DNA of 29,899 nucleotides from a virus (Duplodnaviria; Caudoviricetes): positions 1 through 29,899 of IMG/VR virus record IMGVR_UViG_3300012172_000013. One strand, 5' to 3'. The translations under genes were made by a program, and so were the position numbers. Below the pieces are notes generated by a model. The model saw nothing but the letters and a program-made list of their open reading frames with translations, did no database searches and was not told where the DNA came from. Below, one piece after another: positions 15,548-25,260 of the stretch (positions are counted from its first letter, which is position 1; every line of letters begins with the position of its first letter).

Positions 15548-17712
15548 TGCCCACTCCCTACACACAAGCAGAACCGCAGGCCCCTATTGAGGGTGTCGAG
15601 CCTATCGAACTTAAAAACTTCGCTAGCAACGAGACTGTTGTAGCTGATCTCAAAAAGAAGATTCAGATTGCGACTAAGGCTCGCGATAACCGGCGCGCTA
15701 AGGTAGAGGGAGACTGGACGCGCTACCGTAACGTCTACAATCTTAGGCGTACTCAGTCATTCTATGATGGTCGCAGCAAGTTATTCTTAGGCGTCCTGAA
15801 AGACGCCGTAGATACTCTTACTAGAATTGCTAAAGACTCTATCATGTCCGATCCCTACATAGCTGTAGAGACTCCCCTTGATAGTAAGTTCGGTGAAGTG
15901 GCAGTTGATTTCTATAAGAGCTTGTTAGAAGACCAAGCTAAGATTCGTGGTAAGGTTAGTATGCTGCTTCGCCAGCTTTACATCATCGGAACTACTTGTG
16001 TGAAGTTTGGATGGAAAGAAGTAGAGAGACAAGTCAAGTACCGCGAGAAGAGCAGTGAGACAGGCGACCGAGAGATTAAATCACGAAAGCAGTATGAGTG
16101 CTATGGCCCTACTCTTGATGTTGTCGATATGTCTCATGTCTATGTGTGGCCTGAGACTGCTACCGACTACAACGACCTACGGATGGTCTGGGAAGATGCC
16201 ACTATTACATTCGATAAGCTTAACGTACGAGCCAGGAAGGGCTGGTACTCCCAATCTGCGGTAGATGAAGTCATTCACGAGAAGTGTGATAAGCTAGAGA
16301 AAGAGAAGAAAGCTACTTCTCAGTCTAAGCAAGAGACTGGGAACGAGATTGATCTAGCAGAAGACGAAGTAGATATAACGGACTTGTGGGTTCGTTATCG
16401 CCTACCGGACGCTGACAAGGAAGAAGATGAGACTTGGGTTTGGGTGACGTACTCAGGAGAAACTATTCTTCGAGTCCAAGAGAATCCCTGGTGGTTTAAT
16501 ACTCCACCTTACCTGTTTGGTGCTCTCTTCCGCGAGCATGACTACTTCTACGGACATGGAATCGTAGAAGGCTTGGAAATGTGGCAGTACATGACTAACG
16601 ATCTAGTCAACCAGACTATGGACGCTGGCACATTCTCCCTCAATCCTATCACTATTTTTGATCCCGCTGGTGTAGACGACCCGGACATGTACCAAATTGA
16701 GCCGATGGCTAAGTGGCTTATCGCCCCTGACGCCGTACGCTTCGAGAGACCCCCTGCACAGATGAGCATTGAAGGGCTTAACATGGTTAAGTTCCTTATC
16801 AATGTTATGCAAGACCAGTCTAAGGCGAATGGAATCGTTAGCGGATCACCAAGAGAAGGCATGGGGCGTGCTGTAGGCACAGCAACAGGAGTTAGTCAGA
16901 TTGCGGCTGCTGGGAATTCGGCAGTGATAGACCAAGTTGAGGAACTAGAGACTCAACTGTTCACGCCCCTTTTGAAAATGAACGAGATAGCATGTCACCA
17001 GTTCATGGATGACAGTGTGACTATCCGTATGACAGGGCCTGACGGTGTGCTTTTAACAGGACGGATCATAGAACCGCAGGACTTGGTGCTGTCTAGCGAC
17101 ATTCGTTGGATAGCAAGCTTGCGCCTGAGAGAGAAACTAAGCAAGTCTCAGCAGATGTTGAACTTACTTAACATCGCGATAGGCATCCCGCCTGACCTAG
17201 CACGTCAGCAGGGCTTCGAGATTAACTATAAAGACCTGCTTATTGACACAGCTACAGGCATTGGGGTGGATCATGCCAACAAATATGTGCATGACCTTAC
17301 AGTAAGCTTACCCGGTATTCCTCCCGAGCTAGAAAGAGAGCTTACTAACGCAGGTCGTAAGGTAGAAGCTCCCTCTGGTATGCCTATGGAATTCTACATG
17401 GCTAGAATTCAAGCTCATATGACCATGCCGATGCCAGATAGCCCGCTTGCTAAGATGAGAATGATGGAATTAGTCCACTCTTACCAAGCAAAGATGGAAC
17501 AAGCGCAGCAAATGCAGATGATGCAGCTACAACAGGCTACACAAGCCGGCGCGAGTGGCGCAGGAGGGGTGCAAGCTGTCCCAGGTGGCGCGAATAGGGG
17601 GCCAGTAGGCGGATCGCCGGCGGTACGCCCCCAAGAACAACCCAACGGAGCTAGCGAAGGCGAAGCCGGAGCTGGCCTGATGAGCCTTTTAGGCGGAAAT
17701 ACGGGCCAATGA
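15547..17712 (+). CDS. Portal protein (P22-like podovirus type)
   Basis: 721 aa after terminase; YGHGIVE, TATG motif, Q/M-rich C-terminal barrel and disordered tail. Confidence 0.9.
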   Translation: MPTPYTQAEPQAPIEGVEPIELKNFASNETVVADLKKKIQIATKARDNRRAKVEGDWTRYRNVYNLRRTQSFYDGRSKLFLGVLKDAVDTLTRIAKDSIMSDPYIAVETPLDSKFGEVAVDFYKSLLEDQAKIRGKVSMLLRQLYIIGTTCVKFGWKEVERQVKYREKSSETGDREIKSRKQYECYGPTLDVVDMSHVYVWPETATDYNDLRMVWEDATITFDKLNVRARKGWYSQSAVDEVIHEKCDKLEKEKKATSQSKQETGNEIDLAEDEVDITDLWVRYRLPDADKEEDETWVWVTYSGETILRVQENPWWFNTPPYLFGALFREHDYFYGHGIVEGLEMWQYMTNDLVNQTMDAGTFSLNPITIFDPAGVDDPDMYQIEPMAKWLIAPDAVRFERPPAQMSIEGLNMVKFLINVMQDQSKANGIVSGSPREGMGRAVGTATGVSQIAAAGNSAVIDQVEELETQLFTPLLKMNEIACHQFMDDSVTIRMTGPDGVLLTGRIIEPQDLVLSSDIRWIASLRLREKLSKSQQMLNLLNIAIGIPPDLARQQGFEINYKDLLIDTATGIGVDHANKYVHDLTVSLPGIPPELERELTNAGRKVEAPSGMPMEFYMARIQAHMTMPMPDSPLAKMRMMELVHSYQAKMEQAQQMQMMQLQQATQAGASGAGGVQAVPGGANRGPVGGSPAVRPQEQPNGASEGEAGAGLMSLLGGNTGQ

Positions 17713-17966
17713 TAGATATTAAAGAGCTTAGCAAAGAAGACGAGCTAGTAATCCTAGAAGAAGGTCTCAAATCACGCTTCTGGGAAGTAGTTACAGCACG
17801 ATATCAGCATATGATCTTTACTACTATGGGCGCGGCCTTGTCCGAACGGACAGAATCTAGGGAATGGACAGCAGGTAAGGCAACAGGGATGAAAGATGCT
17901 CTAGCTTACCCAGCAACTAGGGTAAGAAACTTACGAACCATGACTAAGGAGAAGAAGGAGGAATAA
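17709..17966 (+). CDS. Small protein between portal and scaffold
   Basis: ATGA overlap; conserved position in podoviral head modules. Confidence 0.75.
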   Translation: MIDIKELSKEDELVILEEGLKSRFWEVVTARYQHMIFTTMGAALSERTESREWTAGKATGMKDALAYPATRVRNLRTMTKEKKEE

Positions 17967-17969
17967 ATA

Positions 17970-18380
17970 GTGAAGAGATTTCTACCAATTATCGGTTTGA
18001 TTGTAGCTTTGACGGGCTGCTCAGTAGTGGGCGATACTATTAAGCCAATTTTGACGAATGACCTTGTTAGGACCAGTGAGATAGCAGAGAAGTATGGTAA
18101 ACCGGACGTTAAGCAGTGCGCAGACTTCCTAAATGCGGCGCTTAATGCGGAAGATTCGAGAAGTTCCCAGATTGACGCACTCTTGAAAGAGCCTACGGAC
18201 GGTATTCTGAGTTCCGCCCTTAAAGCGGCCATCTTAGCGGACTTAGTACGCTCTTTTAACGACCCTGCGATGCAGGCCAAGCTTCGAGCTGACTTTGACG
18301 CTAATTGCTCGAAGGTTGCAGGCCAGATCATGCTTGATCTAGCCCGGCAGGCCCGTAAAGGATTCACCCGGCAGTTTTAA
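17970..18380 (+). CDS. Predicted lipoprotein
   Basis: MKRFLPIIGLIVALTG-C lipobox; GGAGG RBS. Confidence 0.8.
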   Translation: MKRFLPIIGLIVALTGCSVVGDTIKPILTNDLVRTSEIAEKYGKPDVKQCADFLNAALNAEDSRSSQIDALLKEPTDGILSSALKAAILADLVRSFNDPAMQAKLRADFDANCSKVAGQIMLDLARQARKGFTRQF

Positions 18381-18387
18381 ACAAAAA

Positions 18388-18411
18388 CCTTACAGTTAAT
18401 GTAAGGATTTT
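18388..18411 (+). terminator. Possible intrinsic terminator
   Basis: CCTTACA-GTTAA-TGTAAGG followed by ATTTT, preceded by an A run. Confidence 0.5.
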
Positions 18412-18481
18412 GCAAGTTAGTAAATTCGTGACACCCGGCATTTAGCCATTTAGCCGGCAAACACGTAAACAGGAGGGAATT

Positions 18482-19252
18482 ATGGCAGAAGACACAGAAC
18501 AGGTTGAAGGCCAAAATTTAGACCCGGCTGAAGACCAAACATCGACGGAAAACACTGAGGAAACTCAGTCTCAGGAGTCGTCACCTGATAAAGAAGATTG
18601 GCAGGGCAAGGCTCGTGCTTATGAAGTGCAGCTTGCTCGGCAGGAAGAACGTAACCGCTACCTAGAACAGACTGCTAGGTTGCTTGAAGAGAATAGCAGG
18701 CGGAATATCCCGCAGCCAGTGCCGGATAGTCTGAGTCCTGAATTAACGGAGCTAGACCGTACACTAGACCCACTATTCTCGAAGCGTATTAAAGGTCAAT
18801 TTGAACCGCTACAAAGCGCTATCGCTGAGGCTAAAGATGGCTTAGATGCTGTCCGGTTTGAGACCTATCTTACGAGAAATAACCCTGATGTATTCGACAA
18901 CGAAGACTCACTTAATAGGGTTTATCAGCAAGTAGAGCAGATCAGACAACAGGCCGCGCAACTATACGGAAAGTATCTTACTCGCGTGGACGCTTATACA
19001 TACCTGCAAGGGTTGGAAGCTAGTCACACGAAGAAGCAGGCGCGACAGACTAAGAAGTCTACCCAAGTGACAGAAGAAGCCAAGAGGCAGCTTCAGAACC
19101 AAGCCGCAAAAGGCGGGGATAACAAGGGAGACGCTAAGAAGGTAGAGGGCGGAAACATAGACGCAATTCGTCGGCGCGCAATGGCCGGTGAGAGGCTAAC
19201 TCCTGTCGAGAAGGCGGCCTTTAAGAAGCATTTGGAGAATGCTCAGTTTTAA
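18482..19252 (+). CDS. Capsid scaffolding protein
   Basis: Acidic N-terminus, coiled coil, directly upstream of MCP; AGGAGG RBS. Confidence 0.8.
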   Translation: MAEDTEQVEGQNLDPAEDQTSTENTEETQSQESSPDKEDWQGKARAYEVQLARQEERNRYLEQTARLLEENSRRNIPQPVPDSLSPELTELDRTLDPLFSKRIKGQFEPLQSAIAEAKDGLDAVRFETYLTRNNPDVFDNEDSLNRVYQQVEQIRQQAAQLYGKYLTRVDAYTYLQGLEASHTKKQARQTKKSTQVTEEAKRQLQNQAAKGGDNKGDAKKVEGGNIDAIRRRAMAGERLTPVEKAAFKKHLENAQF

Positions 19253-19284
19253 TCTTCTAGCTAATTCCTAGGAGAGATTCTTAA

Positions 19285-20550
19285 ATGGCTATTACCACAA
19301 GTGCAACTCTCGCTGATGATGTATCTCTATACATCCGCGATGAGTTGTTAGACATTGCTGAGAGGAATGTCACCTTCGCACAACATGCGTTGATGGCTCC
19401 TATTCCCCAGCATAACGGCAAGACTTGCCAATTCTCGCGCTACCCGCGCTTGGCGTTGCCGATGATCCCTGCGACGGAAGGTGAAACTCCTACGTCAGTT
19501 GCTTACTCGGTTGAGGAAGTGCACGCGGTTGTCGATCAATGGATTTTGATCGTTGCGATGACTGACCTAGCGCAGATCACCATTAAGCATCCGCAGGTTC
19601 CAATTGTTACCGAGCTGCTTGGCTTGGCGGAGGCGGAACTAGTTGACCGTGAGATTCAAAAGGCTCTCATGGCCGGCTCAGATGTCGTGTTCGCTAATGC
19701 GGTTGCTGGCTCTAACACCGTACGGTCTAACTTGACCACCACGGACGTAGTGAATGCTACCGAGATGCGTAAGCTATGGGCTATCCTTAGCCGTAATGGC
19801 GCGCGCCGAATTGGTGTTAACTATGTGTTTATTTGCGATCCCGAAGTGTCGCAGGACATTGCGGGAGAAGATAAGTTCCTGAACGCTCACGAGCTGGCGA
19901 ACGCCAAGCAAATCTACAACAACATGATTGGCTCGTGGCTAGGGTTTGACGTTGAGGTGAGTAACTTCATCCCGACTGTCGCCCTTGGCGGTGCAGGTGA
20001 CTGGACAGTCGCGGCTGCGACCATCACTAACACTTTTAACAATGGCGAGACTGTTAACGTCATGTTGGAAGCGATCAATTCGAGCACGGGCTTGGTTGAG
20101 AAGGTGTTTGCTGTTGCGGTGACGACTGTTACCACGGCTGAAGGCGTTAACGTGACCGTGCCTTCGACTGCTGGTTTCTTGTATAACGTGTACGTGTCCA
20201 ATACTAACAACGACGCGACCATCGCTAAGCAACAGCTATACGCAGAAGCGCAGGCTCCTAGTACGGTTGTGGCTGTGTCTGGTTTCCCGACTTCCGATGA
20301 TGAGGCTCGACGGCCCCAGCAAGCTCCTGCTTCTGGTGTTACCGTGCATACTTCATATGCTATCGGAAAAGAAGCGTATGGGATGGTGAAGCTCAGCGGC
20401 GATAACCTTCGTGTCCTTATGACCGATGGCAAGCCGTCTGATAGCGATCCGGCTGCCCAACGTAAAAAGATTTCCCTCAAGGGGTCTTTCAAGGCGTTGG
20501 TCCTTAATGCGGACTGGGTACAGCGCATTGAGTCCGGTTCAGCGTTCTAG
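19285..20550 (+). CDS. Major capsid protein (HK97 fold, N4-gp56-like) with inserted beta-rich domain
   Basis: IPQHNGKTCQFSRY, TEGETP, IGSWLGFDVEVSNF, IGKEAYG, SDPAAQR, WVQRIESG. Confidence 0.92.
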   Translation: MAITTSATLADDVSLYIRDELLDIAERNVTFAQHALMAPIPQHNGKTCQFSRYPRLALPMIPATEGETPTSVAYSVEEVHAVVDQWILIVAMTDLAQITIKHPQVPIVTELLGLAEAELVDREIQKALMAGSDVVFANAVAGSNTVRSNLTTTDVVNATEMRKLWAILSRNGARRIGVNYVFICDPEVSQDIAGEDKFLNAHELANAKQIYNNMIGSWLGFDVEVSNFIPTVALGGAGDWTVAAATITNTFNNGETVNVMLEAINSSTGLVEKVFAVAVTTVTTAEGVNVTVPSTAGFLYNVYVSNTNNDATIAKQQLYAEAQAPSTVVAVSGFPTSDDEARRPQQAPASGVTVHTSYAIGKEAYGMVKLSGDNLRVLMTDGKPSDSDPAAQRKKISLKGSFKALVLNADWVQRIESGSAF

Positions 20551-20616
20551 AGATTAACTTCCTAAACGTGCGTTGGAGAGCGTTATACCCCAACTTCTAA
20601 CTAGGTAGAACGATGT

Positions 20617-20648
20617 TAGGGGCAGCCTAGTTAACTGCCCCTAGCTTT
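20617..20648 (+). terminator. Hairpin after MCP
   Basis: TAGGGGCAG-N9-CTGCCCCTA then GCTTT. Confidence 0.6.
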
Positions 20649-20666
20649 AATAAGGGAGATTCCCGA

Positions 20667-21044
20667 ATGATTTCATTAGAAGAAAAAGACGAAGCAGCTA
20701 ATAGCGCCGTCTCAAAAGACTTCGCCACTGCGGTACAAGATGGCCGCAAAGACGTAGTGAAGAAGAAAGTAATTCAAGTATCTAAAGCCGGTACGCCCGG
20801 GGATGTTGCTCATTACCACAAAGCAGAGAATGCAGTCGAGGAATGGCAAGCTCCTTGTCACTGGGTTAAGCATAGGGTCAGCACTAAAGGTGGCTTTATG
20901 ATTAACGAAGTACGCTATGATGGTGAAGTAGTCGTACCCCAATGCACTGCTGACTATCTTGCTTGGCAAGAAAGCATGCGTGCTCAGTATGAGCAGGGTA
21001 TCTATCGTAGCAAGAAGATCAACAAGGTTATCGGCAACGTCTAA
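20667..21044 (+). CDS. Hypothetical protein following MCP
   Basis: GGGAG RBS; ORF track. Confidence 0.8.
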   Translation: MISLEEKDEAANSAVSKDFATAVQDGRKDVVKKKVIQVSKAGTPGDVAHYHKAENAVEEWQAPCHWVKHRVSTKGGFMINEVRYDGEVVVPQCTADYLAWQESMRAQYEQGIYRSKKINKVIGNV

Positions 21045-21634
21045 TGGCCGCCCCTAAGACATTACCTGGAGTCAAGAAGGTTCCTGTAATCTGCCCCACT
21101 CGGGATGAGCAGGGGGCAGTAGCACGCACAGTAGCCCTCTTATGGAATACGATCTTTGCTACAGGCAGGCTGCCTGTTTACGTTCACGCTAGCTGCTATG
21201 GCTACGCAAGAGTGCGCACTTCATCGTTCGAAGAAGCCCGGAAGAATGTTGATAGTGATATAGTACGTGGCTTTCTAATTGATGACGACATTCTCATCAG
21301 CGATGGTGATGCACTGTACGACGCAGTAATAACTGCTGACAAATATAACTGGAACATTGTAGCGCCTTATCGTACGAAGCATAATCATATATGCCTCTGT
21401 GATGAGACAGGCACGATGCTCACAGTAGAACAGTTTAGTAAGCTAGAACCCTATGCCCAAATCCCACTAGCAGGCTTAGGATTCTATTATGGCGACATAC
21501 CCCTTAAGTATGAATTCCATGCTGACGGTAAACCATTCGCCGGAGAAGACTTGAACTTCTGGCATGACAACCCACAGCTGAAGCCTAGGGTTGCTCCCCT
21601 GCCACTAAAACATCTGAAAGTAATCCCAATTTAA
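21044..21634 (+). CDS. Second GT-A-like glycosyltransferase (short)
   Basis: ICPTR, FLIDDD (DxD), GLGF, GEDLNF, LKH motifs of GT2-like enzymes. Confidence 0.7.
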   Translation: MAAPKTLPGVKKVPVICPTRDEQGAVARTVALLWNTIFATGRLPVYVHASCYGYARVRTSSFEEARKNVDSDIVRGFLIDDDILISDGDALYDAVITADKYNWNIVAPYRTKHNHICLCDETGTMLTVEQFSKLEPYAQIPLAGLGFYYGDIPLKYEFHADGKPFAGEDLNFWHDNPQLKPRVAPLPLKHLKVIPI

Positions 21635-21646
21635 GGAGTACCTACA

Positions 21647-21910
21647 ATGTCCGATGAGAAGAAAGAACCAGGATACGTTATCCAGTACATGAAGCAGACT
21701 AGCATGCTTGGTGAGTCGATTAGTGTTAGCACTAGCCTCCCCAAAGAAGCTACCCAAGACCAGCTTGAATTTGAGTTCATCAAGATCGGTAACGCGCTTG
21801 ATGGACGGATGCGTGCTTTCAACAAACAGGTGCTAGAGAATACCGGCAAGAGTCTAAAGGACATGAACCTAGAGCCTGGAACGATATTTGTAAAACCTGG
21901 AGAGGAATAA
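21647..21910 (+). CDS. Hypothetical protein
   Basis: AAGGAG RBS. Confidence 0.75.
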   Translation: MSDEKKEPGYVIQYMKQTSMLGESISVSTSLPKEATQDQLEFEFIKIGNALDGRMRAFNKQVLENTGKSLKDMNLEPGTIFVKPGEE

Positions 21911-21915
21911 CTAAA

Positions 21916-22971
21916 GTGGGCGCATTCAGCAAGCATTTTGTTAAGCTTATTAACCAAGATGGGCCAAGCAGTGGGGTAGAGGTATTAATACCGCTTGGTG
22001 ATAGCTTGGATGTTGGTGATGACGGGCAGCTTAATGTCGTCGGAACTGTTGGCGGTGGACCCCAGGGTGAGACAGGCCCGGCAGGGCCACAGGGCGAGAC
22101 CGGACCCCAAGGTATTCAAGGTATTCCCGGTAACGATGGTGCAGAGGGTCCGCAGGGTATCCCCGGCGCTCCCGGGAACGATGGGGCAGACGGGGACCAG
22201 GGGATTCAAGGCATCCAAGGCGCCCCTGGTAATGATGGCGCCCCCGGAGCTGACGGCGCGCCGGGAGCTGATGGTGCGGATGGTGCCGATGGTGCGCCAG
22301 GCGAGCAGGGTATCCAAGGTATCCAGGGGATACAGGGCATACAAGGGGAGCAGGGTGACCCTGGCACGCCAGCGGACCTATCAGCAGTCTACCCCGTAGG
22401 TTCAATCTATCTTTCTGTTCTCTCAACAAATCCTAACACTCTATTTGGTTTTGGTACATGGGCAGCTTTTGCAGCAGGCAAGGTCTTAGTTGGCCTTAAC
22501 GGCGCCGACGCTGACTTTGATACAGCAGAAGAAACAGGCGGAGCTAAGACAGCCTCTTCAGCAGGTACTATCGGTAATACTGGCTCTGAGTCTGCTCATA
22601 CTCACGGTGTTACATCAAATGTAACCGTAGCGGACCACAGCAGCCACACGCATGTTTACTCTGAAGTTCCGAACCATGTCCATGTTCAAAACCTACCAAC
22701 TTCACAGACAGGCGGCCAAAGTAGTGGCACCCGGGATACATCTACGACCGGGTCTGGTGCAGACGCCCTGTCAACAGCTAATCCAACAGGCGGAGTCGCG
22801 AGCGGTACGACTCAAGGTCCGGGAGCAACGATAACCCATGCCCCCACCAACAACGCGGTGACAAGCGCAGCCGGCTCTTCCCACAACCATACTGGTGGAA
22901 CATTTACAGGTAGCGCGACGAGTGTAGTACAGCCGTATATCGTAGTCTATATGTGGAAACGAACATCGTAG
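21916..22971 (+). CDS. Collagen-like fibre protein with gp10/collar-like C-terminal domain
   Basis: Long G-X-Y run, YPVGSIY, FGFGTW, HxH metal motifs, VQPYIVVYMWKRT. Confidence 0.88.
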   Translation: MGAFSKHFVKLINQDGPSSGVEVLIPLGDSLDVGDDGQLNVVGTVGGGPQGETGPAGPQGETGPQGIQGIPGNDGAEGPQGIPGAPGNDGADGDQGIQGIQGAPGNDGAPGADGAPGADGADGADGAPGEQGIQGIQGIQGIQGEQGDPGTPADLSAVYPVGSIYLSVLSTNPNTLFGFGTWAAFAAGKVLVGLNGADADFDTAEETGGAKTASSAGTIGNTGSESAHTHGVTSNVTVADHSSHTHVYSEVPNHVHVQNLPTSQTGGQSSGTRDTSTTGSGADALSTANPTGGVASGTTQGPGATITHAPTNNAVTSAAGSSHNHTGGTFTGSATSVVQPYIVVYMWKRTS

Positions 22972-23003
22972 GATATCAAACAAAGGGAGAATAAGAAACA
23001 TAA

Positions 23004-23582
23004 ATGGCGTTCACAAAGTATTTTGCTTGGTTGGTTAAGCAAGAGGGCCCATTCGAAAAGTCAGAAGTAATGGTCCCCCTTGGGGAAGGGCTGATTATTG
23101 ATAGTGATGGCCAGCTTAAGCCTGAAGTTATTTCTTCAAACCTTGTCACTGAGGTGGTCACAGAGAATAAGATAGGCCCTGGCGCGGTTACCGCTGTCAA
23201 GATTGCAGCGGGTGCTGCTAAGCCCTCTAAGATTAAGAATACCCAGGCTGTCACTGCTACAGACACCGGCTCGGGTACGGGCACCATAGATGATGACACT
23301 TCACATGCTATCGTGACTTCTGCTGCCAGTAGCAAGATCGTTGTCTTACCGACTCCTACACCAGGGCGCCCTCCGCTTGTGATTGATGTAGGAGCTAACG
23401 GCTTCGAGCTTGCATCCTCGGCTCCCGCGACCGTAGCTATCAACGGGGGAGCTGGTTCTAGCTTCTCTAGTGCCATTGCTGCTAACAGCACTTTGATTAT
23501 GATTTGTGTGTCAGCCACGGCATGGAAAGGATTCTTCCTTGACGCAGACAGTGATGTTGCGAAAGTCGAAGCCGCCAACTGA
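23004..23582 (+). CDS. Virion fibre/decoration protein
   Basis: N-terminus paralogous to 21916 ORF; AVTAVKIA fibre repeats; beta-rich tip. Confidence 0.75.
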   Translation: MAFTKYFAWLVKQEGPFEKSEVMVPLGEGLIIDSDGQLKPEVISSNLVTEVVTENKIGPGAVTAVKIAAGAAKPSKIKNTQAVTATDTGSGTGTIDDDTSHAIVTSAASSKIVVLPTPTPGRPPLVIDVGANGFELASSAPATVAINGGAGSSFSSAIAANSTLIMICVSATAWKGFFLDADSDVAKVEAAN

Positions 23583-23583
23583 A

Positions 23584-23844
23584 GTGAGTAACAAAGTTAC
23601 TCTTGCGACGCTTGACCAGAAGTTAGAAAACTTCATAGAATTCATGCGCCAACACTCGCAGGATGATCGGTCGGCCTTTGTTAAAATATTCGAGGCTCTT
23701 GATGGTAATGGAAAGCCCGGCCTTAAAACCCGGCTGGAAGTTATGGAAGTCAAGGAAGTAACACGATGGCGCGTGTTTGTTGCTCTATGGAGTGCAGTTA
23801 GCGCGATTGGAGTTGGACTAATTATTAAATTTATTGGCGGTTAA
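23584..23844 (+). CDS. Coiled-coil + C-terminal TM protein (holin/XhlA-like architecture)
   Basis: GTG start after previous stop; LDGNGKPGLKTRL then a hydrophobic helix. Confidence 0.65.
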   Translation: MSNKVTLATLDQKLENFIEFMRQHSQDDRSAFVKIFEALDGNGKPGLKTRLEVMEVKEVTRWRVFVALWSAVSAIGVGLIIKFIGG

Positions 23845-23848
23845 CAAA

Positions 23849-24064
23849 ATGAAAAAGAAACTCTTCTTAGTTGCCTTGGTTTGGTACTTCGGTGTCCGCT
23901 TCGAGACTGAGACTGAAGGCATCTTTATCTCTGCTGCGCAAGGCCCTTATAAGACCGAGCGAGAGTGTAAGATAGGATACCGCGAGACTGTAGACCAGCT
24001 CGGCCAGATATTCCCTGATCTGAAGACCGTGCCTTGTAAAGAGATGAAAGGTACAGAGCTTTAA
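23849..24064 (+). CDS. Small exported/membrane protein
   Basis: MKKKLFLVALVW; GPY...C...C. Confidence 0.6.
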   Translation: MKKKLFLVALVWYFGVRFETETEGIFISAAQGPYKTERECKIGYRETVDQLGQIFPDLKTVPCKEMKGTEL

Positions 24065-24717
24065 TGAGCGCATTAGATAGTGACGCCCTTATAAGTACAG
24101 CCCTTAAGAAGCTTGGTAATGAAACTATTACCGAAGACGCACAAGTCTGGATATTTAACATCCTAGATCGGTTGTATGAAGATTTTAAATGGCCCTTCCT
24201 AGAGAAAGTTGCTACAGGGGCGCTTACTGTAGGCCAAAGTGTAGTCACGCTTCCTACGGACTTTGACTCTCCGTATGATGTGGACTCCTTCGTACTTATT
24301 AACGGCACGGGTGGGTATATCCCTCTTAAGTTCTTTACACAGTACGACCTGGACCTACAGGTTAATCCCAGCCTCAGTGGTCCGCCCTCACAAGCCCTTA
24401 TTGACCTAGCAGCAATGACGTGGCGGCCCTTTCCGCTTCCAGACCAGTCTTATACGTGGCAGATACGCTACCGGATGAAGCCTGAGCGCCTTGATGAGTA
24501 TACTACTTTCACTCCGGTATTCCCGAATGACCAGATAATCATCCAAGCTCTCTTCGTAGAGGGCTTACAGCACGAAGACGATGACCGTTACCCTAACGAG
24601 ATGAAAGTGCTGATGATGATGCTCTCGCGCTACAAGGCCAAGTTTAACCTTCAGCCTAACAAAGCCCAGAAGCTACGTTACTCTCGTAAGTTCTCTAGCC
24701 CTATCGAGTACAGATAA
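24064..24717 (+). CDS. Head-tail adaptor protein
   Basis: WPFLE, TLPTDF, GPP, FPLPDQSY pattern of podoviral adaptors; position. Confidence 0.75.
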   Translation: MSALDSDALISTALKKLGNETITEDAQVWIFNILDRLYEDFKWPFLEKVATGALTVGQSVVTLPTDFDSPYDVDSFVLINGTGGYIPLKFFTQYDLDLQVNPSLSGPPSQALIDLAAMTWRPFPLPDQSYTWQIRYRMKPERLDEYTTFTPVFPNDQIIIQALFVEGLQHEDDDRYPNEMKVLMMMLSRYKAKFNLQPNKAQKLRYSRKFSSPIEYR

Positions 24718-25259
24718 TGCCTAATATCCCCCGCAGTGGATACGTTACAGCTAAGACTGGCCGCACAGAAGTTGGCAGGGACCAGCTCAAGCTCCCGGGC
24801 ATACCCTCGACTACCTTGCTGACTATCGAGATTAGTGGCACCGCAGAAGTCGTCATAGAGTATAGTGAAGATGAAGTCTTATTCATTCCTGTTTCTACTG
24901 TTAATGAAACTAGCGGTATACAGTTTGCTATTCCTGCTAGCGTTCTTGCTGTCAATGTTACTTCGATCAGCAGTGGCTACGTTAGAGTCATCTATCGAAC
25001 AGTCATTCTCGATAACATCCCCTCCCAGACCCTAATTGTCTATGGTAACGGGATTGTTACTAGTCCCGTTATTAACTCAGTAGATCATGGGGCACTAAGC
25101 GGGCTAGGGGATGACGATCATACTCAGTATGTGCTTAGAAATATTCTTACGAATGACGGCGATATGTTCGTGCGAGATGGTGGGCAGATAGTTAGGCTCC
25201 CCAAGGGCACAAATGGGCAAGTCCTAACAATCGTCGCCAACTTCCCTACATGGGTCTAA
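24717..25259 (+). CDS. Virion/fibre-associated protein
   Basis: DHGALSGLGDDDHTQY and RLPKGTNGQVLT...PTW fibre-type repeats. Confidence 0.7.
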   Translation: MPNIPRSGYVTAKTGRTEVGRDQLKLPGIPSTTLLTIEISGTAEVVIEYSEDEVLFIPVSTVNETSGIQFAIPASVLAVNVTSISSGYVRVIYRTVILDNIPSQTLIVYGNGIVTSPVINSVDHGALSGLGDDDHTQYVLRNILTNDGDMFVRDGGQIVRLPKGTNGQVLTIVANFPTWV

Positions 25260-25260
25260 C

